DNA of 64,000 nt from Phycisphaerae bacterium (GTDB taxonomy: Bacteria > Planctomycetota > Phycisphaerae > UBA1845 > Fen-1342), in NCBI GenBank assembly GCA_050115495.1, contig JASFQK010000001.1, forward strand, positions 1 through 64,000, written 5' to 3'. The notes under the pieces were generated by a model that had not been told where the DNA came from, did no database searches, and saw nothing but the letters and a program-made list of their open reading frames with translations. Below, piece after piece: positions 51,700-62,440 of the stretch (positions are counted from its first letter, which is position 1; every line of letters begins with the position of its first letter). A program made the translations under genes and the position numbers.

Positions 51700-54600
51700 T
51701 GTTTCTCTCCGACGCCTCGGTCAAGCGACCGATTGCGATGAGCTGCATCATCATCGGGCTGTCCCTGCTGGGCCTGAACGCCTATCGCAAGATGGGCCTC
51801 GAGCTCATGCCCCGCATCGACCTGCCCTACATCACCATCACGACGCTCTACCCCGGGGCCAGCCCCGAGGAAATCGAAACCGACATCGCCAAGCGCATCG
51901 AGGACCAGGTCGTCGGCATCGACGGCCTTAAGCACGTCAGCTCCTCATGCATGGAAAACGTTTGCCAGACGCTGCTCGAGTTCCACCTCGACGTCGACGT
52001 CGACATCGCCGCCACCGACGTGCGTGAGAAGATCGACCTGGTCCGCGCCGACTTCCCCGAAGGCGTCGAGGACCCGCAGATCCTCAAGTACGACGTCAAC
52101 TCCAAGCCGATCATCCAGTTGGCCCTCACCGGCGACGTCCCGGTCGATGAGCTCTACGACTACGCCGACAACACGCTCAAGGACCGCCTCACGGTCATCT
52201 CCGGCGTGGCCGAAGCCAGCCTGATCGGCGGCGCCGAGCGCGAGGTGCACGTCTCCCTCGACCGGGACGAGCTCGCCGCCCGCGGCCTGTCGAGCACCGA
52301 CGTCGTCACCGCCGTCCAAAACGGCGTGCGCACGATCCCCTCCGGCCGCGTGCGCGAACGCGGCACCGAGTATTCGGTCAAGTTCGACGCCGACTATGAC
52401 CGCGTCGAGGACATCGGCAATCTCGAAGTCGCCAACCGCGACGGCCAGCGTTGCTATCTCAAGGACATCGCCGACGTCGACATGTCCACCGAGGAGCTGC
52501 GCCAGGCCGCCGAAATCGACGGCCGCCCCTGCATCGCCATCAAGGTCGTCAAGAAAGCCGACGCCAACGCCGTCAAGGTCGTGCACAGCGTCCGCGACGC
52601 ACTGGACCGGCTTCAGGCGGAGCTGCCCGGCGGCATGGAGCTCGTCTGGGTCACCGACGACGGCACCTTCACCGAGGCCACCGTCAACAGCGCCTGGATC
52701 AACGTCGGCCAGGGCATTCTCCTGACCGCCGCCATCCTCTTCATCTTCCTCTACAACCTGCGGGCCCTGCTGGTCGTCTCGATCACCATGCCGCTGACGA
52801 TCATCATCGGCCTGTTCTTCATGCAGTTGTGCGGCTTCACCCTGAACTTCTCGACGCTGGTCTCCATCGGTATGTCCGTGGGCATCCTGGTGACCAACTC
52901 GATCGTCGTGCTCGAGGCGATCGTCAAACGGCTGAACGAAACGGGCAATCCGAAGGAAGCCGCCCGCCTCGGCAGCAGCGAGGCCTTCGTCGCCGTCCTG
53001 GCCAGCGCCGGCACGAACATCGTCGTGCTGTTCCCCATGGCCATGATGGGCAGTCTCGTCGGCCTGTTCACCCGGCCGTTCTCGGTCACGATGCTCATCA
53101 TGACCGCCGTCTCACTCTTCATCTCCTTTACGCTGACGCCGATCCTCTGCGCCGTGCTGCTCAAGCCGCAGGCCCCCAACTCGCGCTCGCTGCTCACGCG
53201 GCTGGAGCGCGGCTGGAACCGCGGTTTCGACCGCGTGATCGCCGCCTACCGCGCTGTACTGACCTTCAACGAGCGGAACCGCCCCGTCGCCGTGCTCACG
53301 CTGCTCGTCGTCGCCGCCATCCTCGTGCACTCGCTGCGCCTCGGCGGCAGCCTCGGCACCAGCATGGCCACCGACGCCGACCGCGGCGAAGTGGCCGTCA
53401 AAGTCGAATTCCCCTCGCGCTACAGCCTGAATCAGACCCGAGAGCGCGTCGCCGAGATCCAGGACATTCTTCGCGACCTGCCCGAACTGCGCCACACGCT
53501 CGCCGTCATCGGCAAGGTCGAAGGCGTATTCGGCCAGTCCTCCGAAGGTGTCCAGCTTGCCCAATTCACCCTCAAGTTCTCCGAGCGCACCGAGCGCACG
53601 CTGACCATTCACGACCTCATGACCAACATCCGCTCGCGGATGGCCGGCCTCCCCGACGCCATCGTCACCGTCAGCATGCCCTCGTTCATCGGCGGGCAGG
53701 AAGCCGACGTCCAACTCGAGATCGCCGGAGACGACTTCACCGCCCTCGACCGCATGGCCCTGGCCAGCCGCGACCTGGCCGAACGCATCCCCGGCCTGCT
53801 GGACTTCGATACCACCGTGCGCACCGGCAAGCCCGAGCTACGCGTCCGGCCGCAACGCGCTGTGCTGGCCGATCTCCAGTCGCCCGCCACCGGCCTCGGC
53901 ATGGCCCTGCGAGCCAACATCGAAGGCCTCGAGGCCGGCACCTACAAGCGCGGCGCCCGTACCTACGACATCGTCGTCAAGCTCGACGAGCAGCCCGGCA
54001 AGGACCAGGTTGCCGGCTTCCTCTTCCCGGGCGGCGCCGGCCACCCCGTGCTGCTGACCGGCCTGGGCAGCGTCGAGGAGGACCTCGCCCCCGTGCAGGT
54101 CATCCGCAAGGACAAACGCCGCGTCTCGAAGCTCTTCGCCAACCTCGGCTCGACGTTGCCCCTCGGCACCGCGGTCAACGAGATCAGCGCCACTATCGAC
54201 GATCACAAGCTGCTGCCGACCGGCTTCGATTACGACTTTGCCGGCCGCTACGAGACGATGTCCGAGGGGCAGGAAGCGCTCGGCGAGGCCGGCCTCATCG
54301 CCGTCATGCTCGTCGTGCTGACGCTCGCCGCCATCCTCGAATCGTTCAAGCAGCCGATCCTGATTCTGGTCACGCTGCCGCTGACGCTCATCGGCATCTT
54401 CTGGTCTCTCGCCCTCACCGGTAACAACGTCGAGATCTTCGTCATCATGGGCGGCGTCATGCTCATCGGCATCGTCGTCAACAACGCCATCCTCATCATG
54501 GACCAGTTCAACGTCCACGTTCGCGAAGGTGTGCCGCGCCACATGGCGATGGTGAGCGCAGCCTGCGAACGCTTGCGCCCCATCGTCATGATCACGCTCG

Positions 54601-54773
54601 CCGCCGTCCTCGGCATGCTCCCCATGGCCTTCGGCCGCGGCATCGGCGCCGAGATGCGTAACGCCATCGGCATCTCCTCCGCCGGCGGCATCCTCGTCTC
54701 CGGCATTCTGACCATGCTGGTCATGCCGATCCTCTACGACCTCTTCACCCGCCGCGGCACCGCCAAACACTAG
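51699..54773 (+). CDS. RND efflux permease (AcrB/AcrD/AcrF family)
   Basis: LSDASVKRP, YPGASPEEIE, ILESFKQP, GIVVNNAI, RLRPIVMITL. Confidence 0.95.
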   Translation: MFLSDASVKRPIAMSCIIIGLSLLGLNAYRKMGLELMPRIDLPYITITTLYPGASPEEIETDIAKRIEDQVVGIDGLKHVSSSCMENVCQTLLEFHLDVDVDIAATDVREKIDLVRADFPEGVEDPQILKYDVNSKPIIQLALTGDVPVDELYDYADNTLKDRLTVISGVAEASLIGGAEREVHVSLDRDELAARGLSSTDVVTAVQNGVRTIPSGRVRERGTEYSVKFDADYDRVEDIGNLEVANRDGQRCYLKDIADVDMSTEELRQAAEIDGRPCIAIKVVKKADANAVKVVHSVRDALDRLQAELPGGMELVWVTDDGTFTEATVNSAWINVGQGILLTAAILFIFLYNLRALLVVSITMPLTIIIGLFFMQLCGFTLNFSTLVSIGMSVGILVTNSIVVLEAIVKRLNETGNPKEAARLGSSEAFVAVLASAGTNIVVLFPMAMMGSLVGLFTRPFSVTMLIMTAVSLFISFTLTPILCAVLLKPQAPNSRSLLTRLERGWNRGFDRVIAAYRAVLTFNERNRPVAVLTLLVVAAILVHSLRLGGSLGTSMATDADRGEVAVKVEFPSRYSLNQTRERVAEIQDILRDLPELRHTLAVIGKVEGVFGQSSEGVQLAQFTLKFSERTERTLTIHDLMTNIRSRMAGLPDAIVTVSMPSFIGGQEADVQLEIAGDDFTALDRMALASRDLAERIPGLLDFDTTVRTGKPELRVRPQRAVLADLQSPATGLGMALRANIEGLEAGTYKRGARTYDIVVKLDEQPGKDQVAGFLFPGGAGHPVLLTGLGSVEEDLAPVQVIRKDKRRVSKLFANLGSTLPLGTAVNEISATIDDHKLLPTGFDYDFAGRYETMSEGQEALGEAGLIAVMLVVLTLAAILESFKQPILILVTLPLTLIGIFWSLALTGNNVEIFVIMGGVMLIGIVVNNAILIMDQFNVHVREGVPRHMAMVSAACERLRPIVMITLAAVLGMLPMAFGRGIGAEMRNAIGISSAGGILVSGILTMLVMPILYDLFTRRGTAKH

Positions 54774-54781
54774 CCGCCGAG

Positions 54782-54959
54782 AAAGGGGACTGGCTCCGAG
54801 CCCCCAGCGCTCCCCCGAACGCAATAAAAGGGGACATTCTACTTTATCCAACCACTCCCTCCCTCAGAAAGTAGAATGTCCCTCTTAAGTGTTCGTATTC
54901 GCGTGTCCCCTTTGCCCCTCTGTTCCTTTGTTCCTCCGCTCCTCTGCCCCTTCGCCCCT
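54782..54959. repeat. Composite repeat: nested AAAGGGGAC-type inverted repeats plus degenerate octamer tract
   Basis: Outer ends AAAGGGGACTGG (54782)/TGTCCCCTTT (54904); inner GGGACATTCTACTTT/AAAGTAGAATGTCCC; then ctttgccc ctctgttc ctttgttc ctccgctc ctctgccc cttcgccc. Confidence 0.7.
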
Positions 54960-55011
54960 CCAACCCCGCCCGGCGCGTTACAATGCCCCCGGTCGATCCG
55001 GAGGACCCGCC

Positions 55012-55875
55012 ATGACGACCCGACTCCTGCTTCTGGCCGTGGGGTTGGTCGCGGCGGCGGTGCTCCTGCTGTCGCTTGTTCCGCAGGACTCGCCACCGCC
55101 GGACAGAATCACTCCCGCCACCTCTCAGCCACCGACAACCCAAGCCGCCGACCTGCCACCCCACGTCACACGCGACGAAAACGGCGCCCTGCAATGGCCC
55201 CGGCCGCGCACCAAGGATCGCGAAACCGACCGCCACCGCATGGTCGCCACGCAAATCGCCCGCGGCGACCACACCAGTCAGGCCGTCACCGACCCGCGCG
55301 TCCTCGACGCCATGCGCGCCGTCCCCCGCCACGAATTCGTCCCCGAGGACCGCCGCCGCAGCGCCTACGCCGACACGCCACTACCCATCGGCTACGGCCA
55401 GACCATCTCGCAACCCTACATCGTTGCCCTGATGACCGAACTCCTCTGCGTCGAGCCCGGCCAGAAGATTCTCGAAATCGGCACCGGTTCCGGCTACCAG
55501 GCAGCGGTGCTCAACGAACTCACGCCCTTCGTCTACTCAATCGAGATCGTCGCCCCGCTCCATCGCCAGGCCTCCGACCGCTTCCGCCGACTCGACTACC
55601 AGACGATTCAGCTCCGCGAAGGCGATGGCTACGACGGCTGGTCGGAAGAGGCCCCCTTCGACGGCATCATCGTCACCTGCGCCGCCGGCCACGTTCCGCC
55701 GCCGCTTTGGGACCAACTGAAGCCCGGCGGGCGCATGGTCATTCCCGTCGGCGGCATTTACGACACGCAGCGTCTGCTCGTGCTCGAGAAGCAGGCCGAC
55801 GGCTCGCGTCAGAGCCGCAACGTCTTGCCGGTGCGCTTCGTGCCGATGACGGGCAAAGCCCAACAACAACCATGA
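55012..55875 (+). CDS. pcm: Protein-L-isoaspartate O-methyltransferase with N-terminal membrane anchor
   Basis: VPRHEFVP, LPIGYGQTISQPYIVA, LEIGTGSGYQAA, GDG..GW..APFDGI, VRFVPM. Confidence 0.95.
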   Translation: MTTRLLLLAVGLVAAAVLLLSLVPQDSPPPDRITPATSQPPTTQAADLPPHVTRDENGALQWPRPRTKDRETDRHRMVATQIARGDHTSQAVTDPRVLDAMRAVPRHEFVPEDRRRSAYADTPLPIGYGQTISQPYIVALMTELLCVEPGQKILEIGTGSGYQAAVLNELTPFVYSIEIVAPLHRQASDRFRRLDYQTIQLREGDGYDGWSEEAPFDGIIVTCAAGHVPPPLWDQLKPGGRMVIPVGGIYDTQRLLVLEKQADGSRQSRNVLPVRFVPMTGKAQQQP

Positions 55876-58346
55876 CCGCGGCTCCCGCCGACCCACCGCT
55901 CGCCCCGCGTCTGGCCTCAACCGCCCTCGCCGTCGCCTGCCTCAGTGCCGGCCTGCTCGCCTGGGAAATCGAACTGATGCGCCGGCTGCTCATCGAGCGC
56001 TGGCATCACTTCGGCTACCTCGTAATCAGTGTGGCCCTACTGGGCTTCGGCGCCAGCGGCACACTGCTCGCCCCACTCGCTGGCCGCATCCGCCGCCGCC
56101 CACAGCGCTGGCTCTTCGCCCTGTCGGCGGCGTTATTCGTCGCCCTGCTCGTGTTACCGCGTGTCGCCGCCGAGTTGCCGGTAGCCGCTCGCTTCATTCC
56201 TCAGGACTTGTGGCGCCAGGTCGGCTGGTGGTCGCTGTACTGGCTCGCAGCGCTCATACCCTTCCTCCTCGGCGGAGCGTACATCGGCGCCGCCCTCCTG
56301 ACCGCCGGCCCGCACGTCGGCCCCATCTACGCCGCCAATCTCGTGGGCAGTGCCATCGGTGCCGCCGGCGCCGCGCTGCTCAGCTCCAGATTGGTGCCGA
56401 TTCACGCGCACTGGCCCTGGCTGGCGGCGATTCTCGTCGCCGTGCTCTGCGGACCGCTCCCGCCCGCCGCCCGCTACAAGCACTGGCCACGGCTCGCGAT
56501 CGTCGCTGCGCTCACTCTCGCCGCCGTCGCCACCGAAACCAGCTGGCCGCTCGCCCCCGTCTACGACGAGCACAAGTACGCCGCCCGCCTGCAACTCCTG
56601 GCCAAACAAGACGCGGTCCGCCGCATCGCCGCCCGGGCCGATCCCCACGGCTACGTCGAACTCTACGCCAGCAACCTGTTCCACGACCTGCCCTTCCTCG
56701 CCCTCAGCAGCCCGCCCCCGCCGATGTTCAGTCTCGTCGTCAACGGCGATCCCGCCGGCTCGGTCCTGCGCATCGACGACGCGTCCGGCGCCGCCGTCAT
56801 GGACCGCACGCTCATGGCCCTGCCCTATCGCCTGCTGCCGGAGCGCCCCCGCGCGCTCCTGGCCGGCGAGACCGGCGGCACAAACGTCTGGCTCGCCCGG
56901 CGTCAGAACGCCGCCCGAATCGATGCGACCCAGCCGAACACCGCCATTTTCGACCTGCTCCGCGCTCACGCGCCCGCGGTCCTCGCCGACGACCACGTCC
57001 ACTGGCACACGCACCACACACGCGCCTTCCTCGCCACCGCCCCGCCCGGCCAGATCGACCTCATCCAGATCGCCGCCGTCGAGGGCCTCGGCTTCGGCGC
57101 GACCGGCCTGCACGGTCTCGCCGAAGATCACCTGCTGACCGTCGAGGGTCTCGCCGCCGGCCTGCGGGCCCTCAGCGACGACGGTGTCCTCGCTGTCTGC
57201 CGCGGCCTGCAATACCCCGGCCGCGAGAACATCCGCCTGCTGGCCACCCTGTCGGCCGCCCTCGAAAGCGCCGGCATCCGCGACGCCGGCCCGCATCTCA
57301 TCCAGGTCCGCGACTACCTCGGCATCTGCACGCTCGCCCTGAAGCAACCACTCGACAACACACGCCGCCAGAAGCTGCGCGACACCATCACCGAACTCGG
57401 CCTCACCCCCATCTGGTATGACGGCGTCCCCGCCGCCGACCTCAACCGCCCCGACGTACTGGAAGACCCGCCCGGCCATCCGCACGACTGGCTGCACGAA
57501 GCCGCCGTCGAGATCCTCTCCCCCCGACGACAGGCGTTCTTCAACCGCTGGCTGCTCAACGTCCGCCCGCCACATGACGACAGCCCGTTCTTCTGGGATT
57601 TCTACAAGCCCGGGGCGATCGCCGCCCTGAAGCAAACCTACGGCGATCTCTGGCTCACCCGCGCCGAGCTCGGCCGCCTGTTCCTCTACGTCTCGCTCGT
57701 ACTCACGTCGGCCGCCGCGGTCGTGCTGATCCTGCTACCGCTCGGCGTTGTCGAGCTGCTCCGCCGACGAAGCACCGCCCGACAACAGCGCGCCAATCAG
57801 GGAAGGGGAAACGCGCCGCGTATGGTGCTCTACTTCGCCGGCATCGGCCTCGGCTTCATGGGCATCGAGATGGCCCTCATCAGCCGCGCCATCCGCTGGC
57901 TCGGCGAACCCGTGCTGGCCAGCGCCCTCGTCATCGGCGGACTGCTCGTGCTCAGCGGCGGCGGCAGTCTCATCTCCCGCCGAATCGTGCGCCAGCGGAT
58001 CTGGCTCGCGCCAACAATGGCGGCCACAGGAGCCATCGCCCTGTGGCTGCTCGGTTGGGGCCTGACCGGCGGCGTGTGGTGGCTGCTGGCGGCGGTGCCC
58101 ACCGCCTGCTGCCTCGGCATGTCGCTACCCAGCGGCATCCATCAACTGAATGAGCATGCCCCCCGGCTCGTCCCCTGGGCGTGGGGTGTCAACGGCGTTG
58201 CTTCGGTCTGCGGTACATCCGCCGCCATCGCCCTGGCCATGATCGGCGGCTATCACATCGTGATGCTCGCCGCGGCGGCTGCGTATGCCCTCGCCGCCGT
58301 GGCCGCTATCTCACGTGCCCCCGCGCCCGCCGTGTGCTTGCCTTAA
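55872..58346 (+). CDS. Polytopic membrane protein with spermidine-synthase-like SAM-dependent domain
   Basis: ISVALLGFGASG, YAANLVGSAIG, LLTVEG, DDSPFF, YFAGIGLGFMGIE, WAWGVNGVASV. Confidence 0.75.
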   Translation: MTAAPADPPLAPRLASTALAVACLSAGLLAWEIELMRRLLIERWHHFGYLVISVALLGFGASGTLLAPLAGRIRRRPQRWLFALSAALFVALLVLPRVAAELPVAARFIPQDLWRQVGWWSLYWLAALIPFLLGGAYIGAALLTAGPHVGPIYAANLVGSAIGAAGAALLSSRLVPIHAHWPWLAAILVAVLCGPLPPAARYKHWPRLAIVAALTLAAVATETSWPLAPVYDEHKYAARLQLLAKQDAVRRIAARADPHGYVELYASNLFHDLPFLALSSPPPPMFSLVVNGDPAGSVLRIDDASGAAVMDRTLMALPYRLLPERPRALLAGETGGTNVWLARRQNAARIDATQPNTAIFDLLRAHAPAVLADDHVHWHTHHTRAFLATAPPGQIDLIQIAAVEGLGFGATGLHGLAEDHLLTVEGLAAGLRALSDDGVLAVCRGLQYPGRENIRLLATLSAALESAGIRDAGPHLIQVRDYLGICTLALKQPLDNTRRQKLRDTITELGLTPIWYDGVPAADLNRPDVLEDPPGHPHDWLHEAAVEILSPRRQAFFNRWLLNVRPPHDDSPFFWDFYKPGAIAALKQTYGDLWLTRAELGRLFLYVSLVLTSAAAVVLILLPLGVVELLRRRSTARQQRANQGRGNAPRMVLYFAGIGLGFMGIEMALISRAIRWLGEPVLASALVIGGLLVLSGGGSLISRRIVRQRIWLAPTMAATGAIALWLLGWGLTGGVWWLLAAVPTACCLGMSLPSGIHQLNEHAPRLVPWAWGVNGVASVCGTSAAIALAMIGGYHIVMLAAAAAYALAAVAAISRAPAPAVCLP

Positions 58347-59166
58347 GGACCACCGCCGCCCCCACCACGATGCTCAAGCCGCCGAGACCGGCCAGCATCG
58401 ACTTCGGCCAGCGCCGCGAGACAGTCACGCTGCGCCCCTCCATCCCCACCTTCTTCAGCGCCAGCACCAGATCATCAAGCGGCACCCGCATGTGCCCGTC
58501 GCATTCCGTCATGAAGCGCCCCCCCTCGCCCTCCACGGACGAATAGCTGCCACCCTTTTCGACCGGCCCAGTCATGATCCGCCGGACGACGCGCTCCGGC
58601 GCATCCGCCGGCGCGTCACGCAACAGACTCTGCACGCGAGCCAGCGACGCCGGCGCCCGTTTTCGCACCTGCCGCAGCCACTCGGTCAGCAGCCGGCCCA
58701 TATACGCATCCGCCGCGTCGAACACATCCTCCTGAACAGGAGCCTCCAGCGTGCCGTGCTTCGTCGGCTCCCAGGTCAGCGTGAACTTGGTGTGCAGGTC
58801 AGCGGCCCCGTCGCGCAGCTCCGGCCAGCCGACCGCCGCCACTTGCTCCGGCACCGGCGGCAGCACCACCCGATAATCACCCAGTCGCAGATCGCCCGAC
58901 CCGATCGACAGCGGCCAGTCTCGACCGCCGATCTCCAGGCCCACGGCGACGTCCGTGGCCCGGCGCCAGGCATCGCGCTGCGCCTCGGCTTCGGCGGCCC
59001 GCTCACGCTCCACCGTGCGGACCTCAGCAAACATGAACGCGCCGACCAGGACAAGAACCAACCCCACGACCAGCAACATGCCCAGCACCGGCCGCCGCGG
59101 GACCAGCACAATCACGCCCACGCCGAGCAGCAACAGCAACAACACCGCGATGACGCCCACGCTCAT
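58306..59166 (-). CDS. Hypothetical membrane protein
   Basis: Two N-terminal TM helices and one C-terminal TM helix; follows the kinase in the same orientation; about 40-nt convergent overlap with the previous gene. Confidence 0.6.
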   Translation of the reverse strand: MSVGVIAVLLLLLLGVGVIVLVPRRPVLGMLLVVGLVLVLVGAFMFAEVRTVERERAAEAEAQRDAWRRATDVAVGLEIGGRDWPLSIGSGDLRLGDYRVVLPPVPEQVAAVGWPELRDGAADLHTKFTLTWEPTKHGTLEAPVQEDVFDAADAYMGRLLTEWLRQVRKRAPASLARVQSLLRDAPADAPERVVRRIMTGPVEKGGSYSSVEGEGGRFMTECDGHMRVPLDDLVLALKKVGMEGRSVTVSRRWPKSMLAGLGGLSIVVGAAVVLKASTRRARGHVR

Positions 59167-59185
59167 GTTCCACTCCCGGCGTGCC

Positions 59186-62100
59186 TTACACAACAACGGC
59201 GTTCGACCGCCGGTGCGACGGCCAACCCAACAGCACAACCGCCACCAGCATCGGCACGACCGTGGCCAGCGCCGGGCTGACGATCGCTTTCGGTTCGATG
59301 GTCCGCCAGTCCGTTTGGAGCAACCCCTGCCAGGCAATGCTCGCCTCGGGCGACAACGCGTTCACCACCGCCCACAACAGCAGCGCACAACCCAGGCAGC
59401 CACGCAGCAGGTGCGCGCCGCCCCCGCGCCGCCGGGCCATCAGCAGCAGAGCACCGCCGGCCACCACCAGCCCGAGCATGAGTGCCCCCGGCACGCCGTC
59501 GCGGATGAAGCTCAACAACTGCGGCGGCAACTCACCCGAGCCCCGCTCCTCCGCCCACTGGCTCAGCGCCCCATGGCTCACCGCCAGCACGACCCCCGCG
59601 AGCAGCAGCAGCTTGCCCACAAACGACACGCCCGCATCCACCGTCCGTCCCACGAACGACGGCGCCGACGCGTCGATGATCACCGGCTCGACCGGCTCCA
59701 TCGCTTCCGCCGCCGGAGGCGCCACGCGATCCTCCGCCACGGCCACCGCCGGCCCCGCCGACGTGCTCGCCCAGCCGGCGTCCTCCGCCATGTCGTACTC
59801 ATCGTCTGCCGGCGGCGGTGGCGGTACCTGGTTGCCGACGGTCGAACCGCCGCGCCGACCGGGCGCGAGCAGCGCCACCAGGGCCACGACACTCCCCACC
59901 ACCAGTCCAAAGATCGCCCCCGCCTGCTCATCCCCGTGCGGCATCTCGGTGTACGCGAGAATGCTGCTCATGCCCGCCGCCAGCGTCAGGCCCAGCGAGA
60001 CCACGAGCATGCGCATCGTCCCGCCCCAGATCGTCCGCCGCCGCTGCTGAAACGTCTTCGTCAACAGGAAGGGCAGCCATGCCAGACCGCCCAGCAGCGC
60101 AAACAGCAGCGCCGCACCAGCGTCGCCGCAGGGCGCCACGCTGATCAGGGTAACCAGCGCCGACACCATCCCCACCAGTACCAGCAGGCTCAGCACGCCG
60201 AACACGCCCTGCAGCATGTGGCTGCGCGGCCGCGTGCCGTCCGCCTCCAAAGCCACCAGCGTGACCGCTCCCCCCGCCACCAGCCCGAAGATCGTCCCGC
60301 CCAGCTCTTCATTATCCAGCTCCATAAAGGCCGTCACGCTGACCATGCCCGCCACCAGCGTCAGCCCCAGCGAGACCACCAGCGGACGCAACGTCCCACG
60401 CCACAACCCGCGCTGGCGCTGCTGATACGTCTTCGTCAGCAGAAACGGCAACCACGCCACCCCGGCCAGCGTCGCAAACAGCAACCCCGCACAGGCCTCT
60501 CGGTCGCGTCCGAAAACCCAGTTGTATTCCCCGTCGTGCGTGTAGCACTGCGGCGGCGCGATCACCAATACAAAGAACGCCCCCAGCGCGCACGCCACCA
60601 CCAGCGTGCTCAGCACACCATACCACCCGCGCACGGCCGCACTCCGCGGCGGGCCGGTCTCCACTTCGACGGGCGGCGCCGGCGGCGGGCCCTGGCGGAC
60701 CGGCGTCCGGCTCCCCGCCGGGTCACGCCACCGCACCGCTAACCGGCCCCACAGGCTGTGACGCCGGCTCCGCCCGCCCGGACCAGACGGCGGTGTCGTG
60801 CCCGTCGCGACCCCAGGAGTACCGCCCCACAACGATGCCCCCGCCTGCGTTAGCAGTGACATCGTCGCGCACAGACACGCCGCCGGGAACGAGAATTTCC
60901 CGGCGTCCAGAATCGCCGCCGCGATCGCCCCGATGATCGCCGGCCACACCGCCCGCCCGGCGCTCACCTCGCCCCGCTGGCCCGCCTCGATGCGCCCTGT
61001 CCAATCACACAGGACCAGCACCGCCAGGAGCGCCACCAGCATGCGGGCCAGTGGCTCGCTCTCCTCGGCCGCCACGGCGAAGGCGGGGACCATGAACATC
61101 GCCGTCACCCCCGCATACGCCAGCCGATTCCACATCCCTCCCTTCCACGCCGACCAGCGCAACACCCGGAAGTACGCCACCAGCGGACCAGCGCAGCCGG
61201 CCACGTTCGCCAGCACAAAGACGATCGCCCGGTCGATGTTGCCCGTCACCAGCGCCAGGCCGAGACCCACCGCTACGGCCACCGCCACCAGCACGAACCG
61301 CTGCGCCCGCCGGGCCCGCAACGCCTCCGTCTGCACCGGATCCCGCCGCGGCCCGCCGCCCGCCTTGCGCCGCAGCTTCTCCGCCGCCCGCTCCAGCTTC
61401 TGCGAAAACCGGTCCACCTTCTCCTGGTACCGCCGCCCCATCTCGTCCGCCCGCCCGGCCCGCTCGCGCACGTCCAGCGGCGGCACCGGTGGCAGGCGCG
61501 GCGGTGTGGTCATCGTCCGCTCCGGATCGAGCGCCTCCGGATGTCGCGGCCCGCGCGTCAGCGTCGCCGGATCGAACGACGCGATGCTCGCGTCCACATC
61601 GGCGCACTGCCGCAGCTCGTCCGCCATCTCGTTCGCGCTCTGGTAGCGGTCCTTCGGATCCTTGGCCAGGGCCCGGGCGATTACGTTGGCGAACGGCTCG
61701 GGAATGCCGCTGAGATCCGGATGGTCCGTCAGGTGCCGCATCAGGATCTCGCCCATGCTCGACCCCGTGAACGGCAGGCTGCCGGTCAGCAGCTCGAACA
61801 GGATCACGCCCACCGCGTAGATATCGATCGCCTGCGTGTAGCTGCCCGAGCCGATCTCCGGCGCCATGTAGTGCACCGTGCCCACGCTCACCGTCTGCCC
61901 GCTGTGCCGGCTGACGGACATGTGCTTGCTCAGCCCGTAGTCACCGATCTTCACGTAGCCGTCGTCGTAGAACACATTCGCCGGCTTCAGATCGCGGTGC
62001 ACGATGCCCCGCTCGTGCAGGTAGGAGAGCCCGCGGGCCATACCGTCCACGAAGAACGCCGCTTTCTGCGGCCCCAGCCCTCGCGGCTCGGCCAGCATCA

Positions 62101-62386
62101 GCTCGCGCAGCGACGGCCCGCTCACGTACTCCATGATGACGAACGGATCGCCCTCGCTGTTGTGCCGCACGTCGTAGATCGTGATCAGGTGCGGGCTCTT
62201 CAGGTTCATCACGTGCGAGATGCCGCGCAGCTCGATCTCCGGGTTCTCACGCAGGTACTTCAGCGCCACCTGCTTCCCCGAGTCGGTCAGGGCGTAGTAC
62301 ACCTCGCCGAAACCACCGCGACCGACGGCCCGCTGCACCGTGATCCCATCCAGCGGTCGATCGCCATGTCGAAACGTGTACGCCAC
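59186..62386 (-). CDS. Hanks-type Ser/Thr protein kinase with large multi-TM C-terminus
   Basis: GRGGFGEV, VALK, HRDLKPAN, DYG, GTVHYMAPE, DIYAVG; numerous TM segments follow. Confidence 0.92.
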   Translation of the reverse strand: MAYTFRHGDRPLDGITVQRAVGRGGFGEVYYALTDSGKQVALKYLRENPEIELRGISHVMNLKSPHLITIYDVRHNSEGDPFVIMEYVSGPSLRELMLAEPRGLGPQKAAFFVDGMARGLSYLHERGIVHRDLKPANVFYDDGYVKIGDYGLSKHMSVSRHSGQTVSVGTVHYMAPEIGSGSYTQAIDIYAVGVILFELLTGSLPFTGSSMGEILMRHLTDHPDLSGIPEPFANVIARALAKDPKDRYQSANEMADELRQCADVDASIASFDPATLTRGPRHPEALDPERTMTTPPRLPPVPPLDVRERAGRADEMGRRYQEKVDRFSQKLERAAEKLRRKAGGGPRRDPVQTEALRARRAQRFVLVAVAVAVGLGLALVTGNIDRAIVFVLANVAGCAGPLVAYFRVLRWSAWKGGMWNRLAYAGVTAMFMVPAFAVAAEESEPLARMLVALLAVLVLCDWTGRIEAGQRGEVSAGRAVWPAIIGAIAAAILDAGKFSFPAACLCATMSLLTQAGASLWGGTPGVATGTTPPSGPGGRSRRHSLWGRLAVRWRDPAGSRTPVRQGPPPAPPVEVETGPPRSAAVRGWYGVLSTLVVACALGAFFVLVIAPPQCYTHDGEYNWVFGRDREACAGLLFATLAGVAWLPFLLTKTYQQRQRGLWRGTLRPLVVSLGLTLVAGMVSVTAFMELDNEELGGTIFGLVAGGAVTLVALEADGTRPRSHMLQGVFGVLSLLVLVGMVSALVTLISVAPCGDAGAALLFALLGGLAWLPFLLTKTFQQRRRTIWGGTMRMLVVSLGLTLAAGMSSILAYTEMPHGDEQAGAIFGLVVGSVVALVALLAPGRRGGSTVGNQVPPPPPADDEYDMAEDAGWASTSAGPAVAVAEDRVAPPAAEAMEPVEPVIIDASAPSFVGRTVDAGVSFVGKLLLLAGVVLAVSHGALSQWAEERGSGELPPQLLSFIRDGVPGALMLGLVVAGGALLLMARRRGGGAHLLRGCLGCALLLWAVVNALSPEASIAWQGLLQTDWRTIEPKAIVSPALATVVPMLVAVVLLGWPSHRRSNAVVV

Positions 62387-62440
62387 CGCATATCCTCCGC
62401 GCGCCGGCGGCTCCCGCCGCCCGGACGCCCGCCGTCCTCA

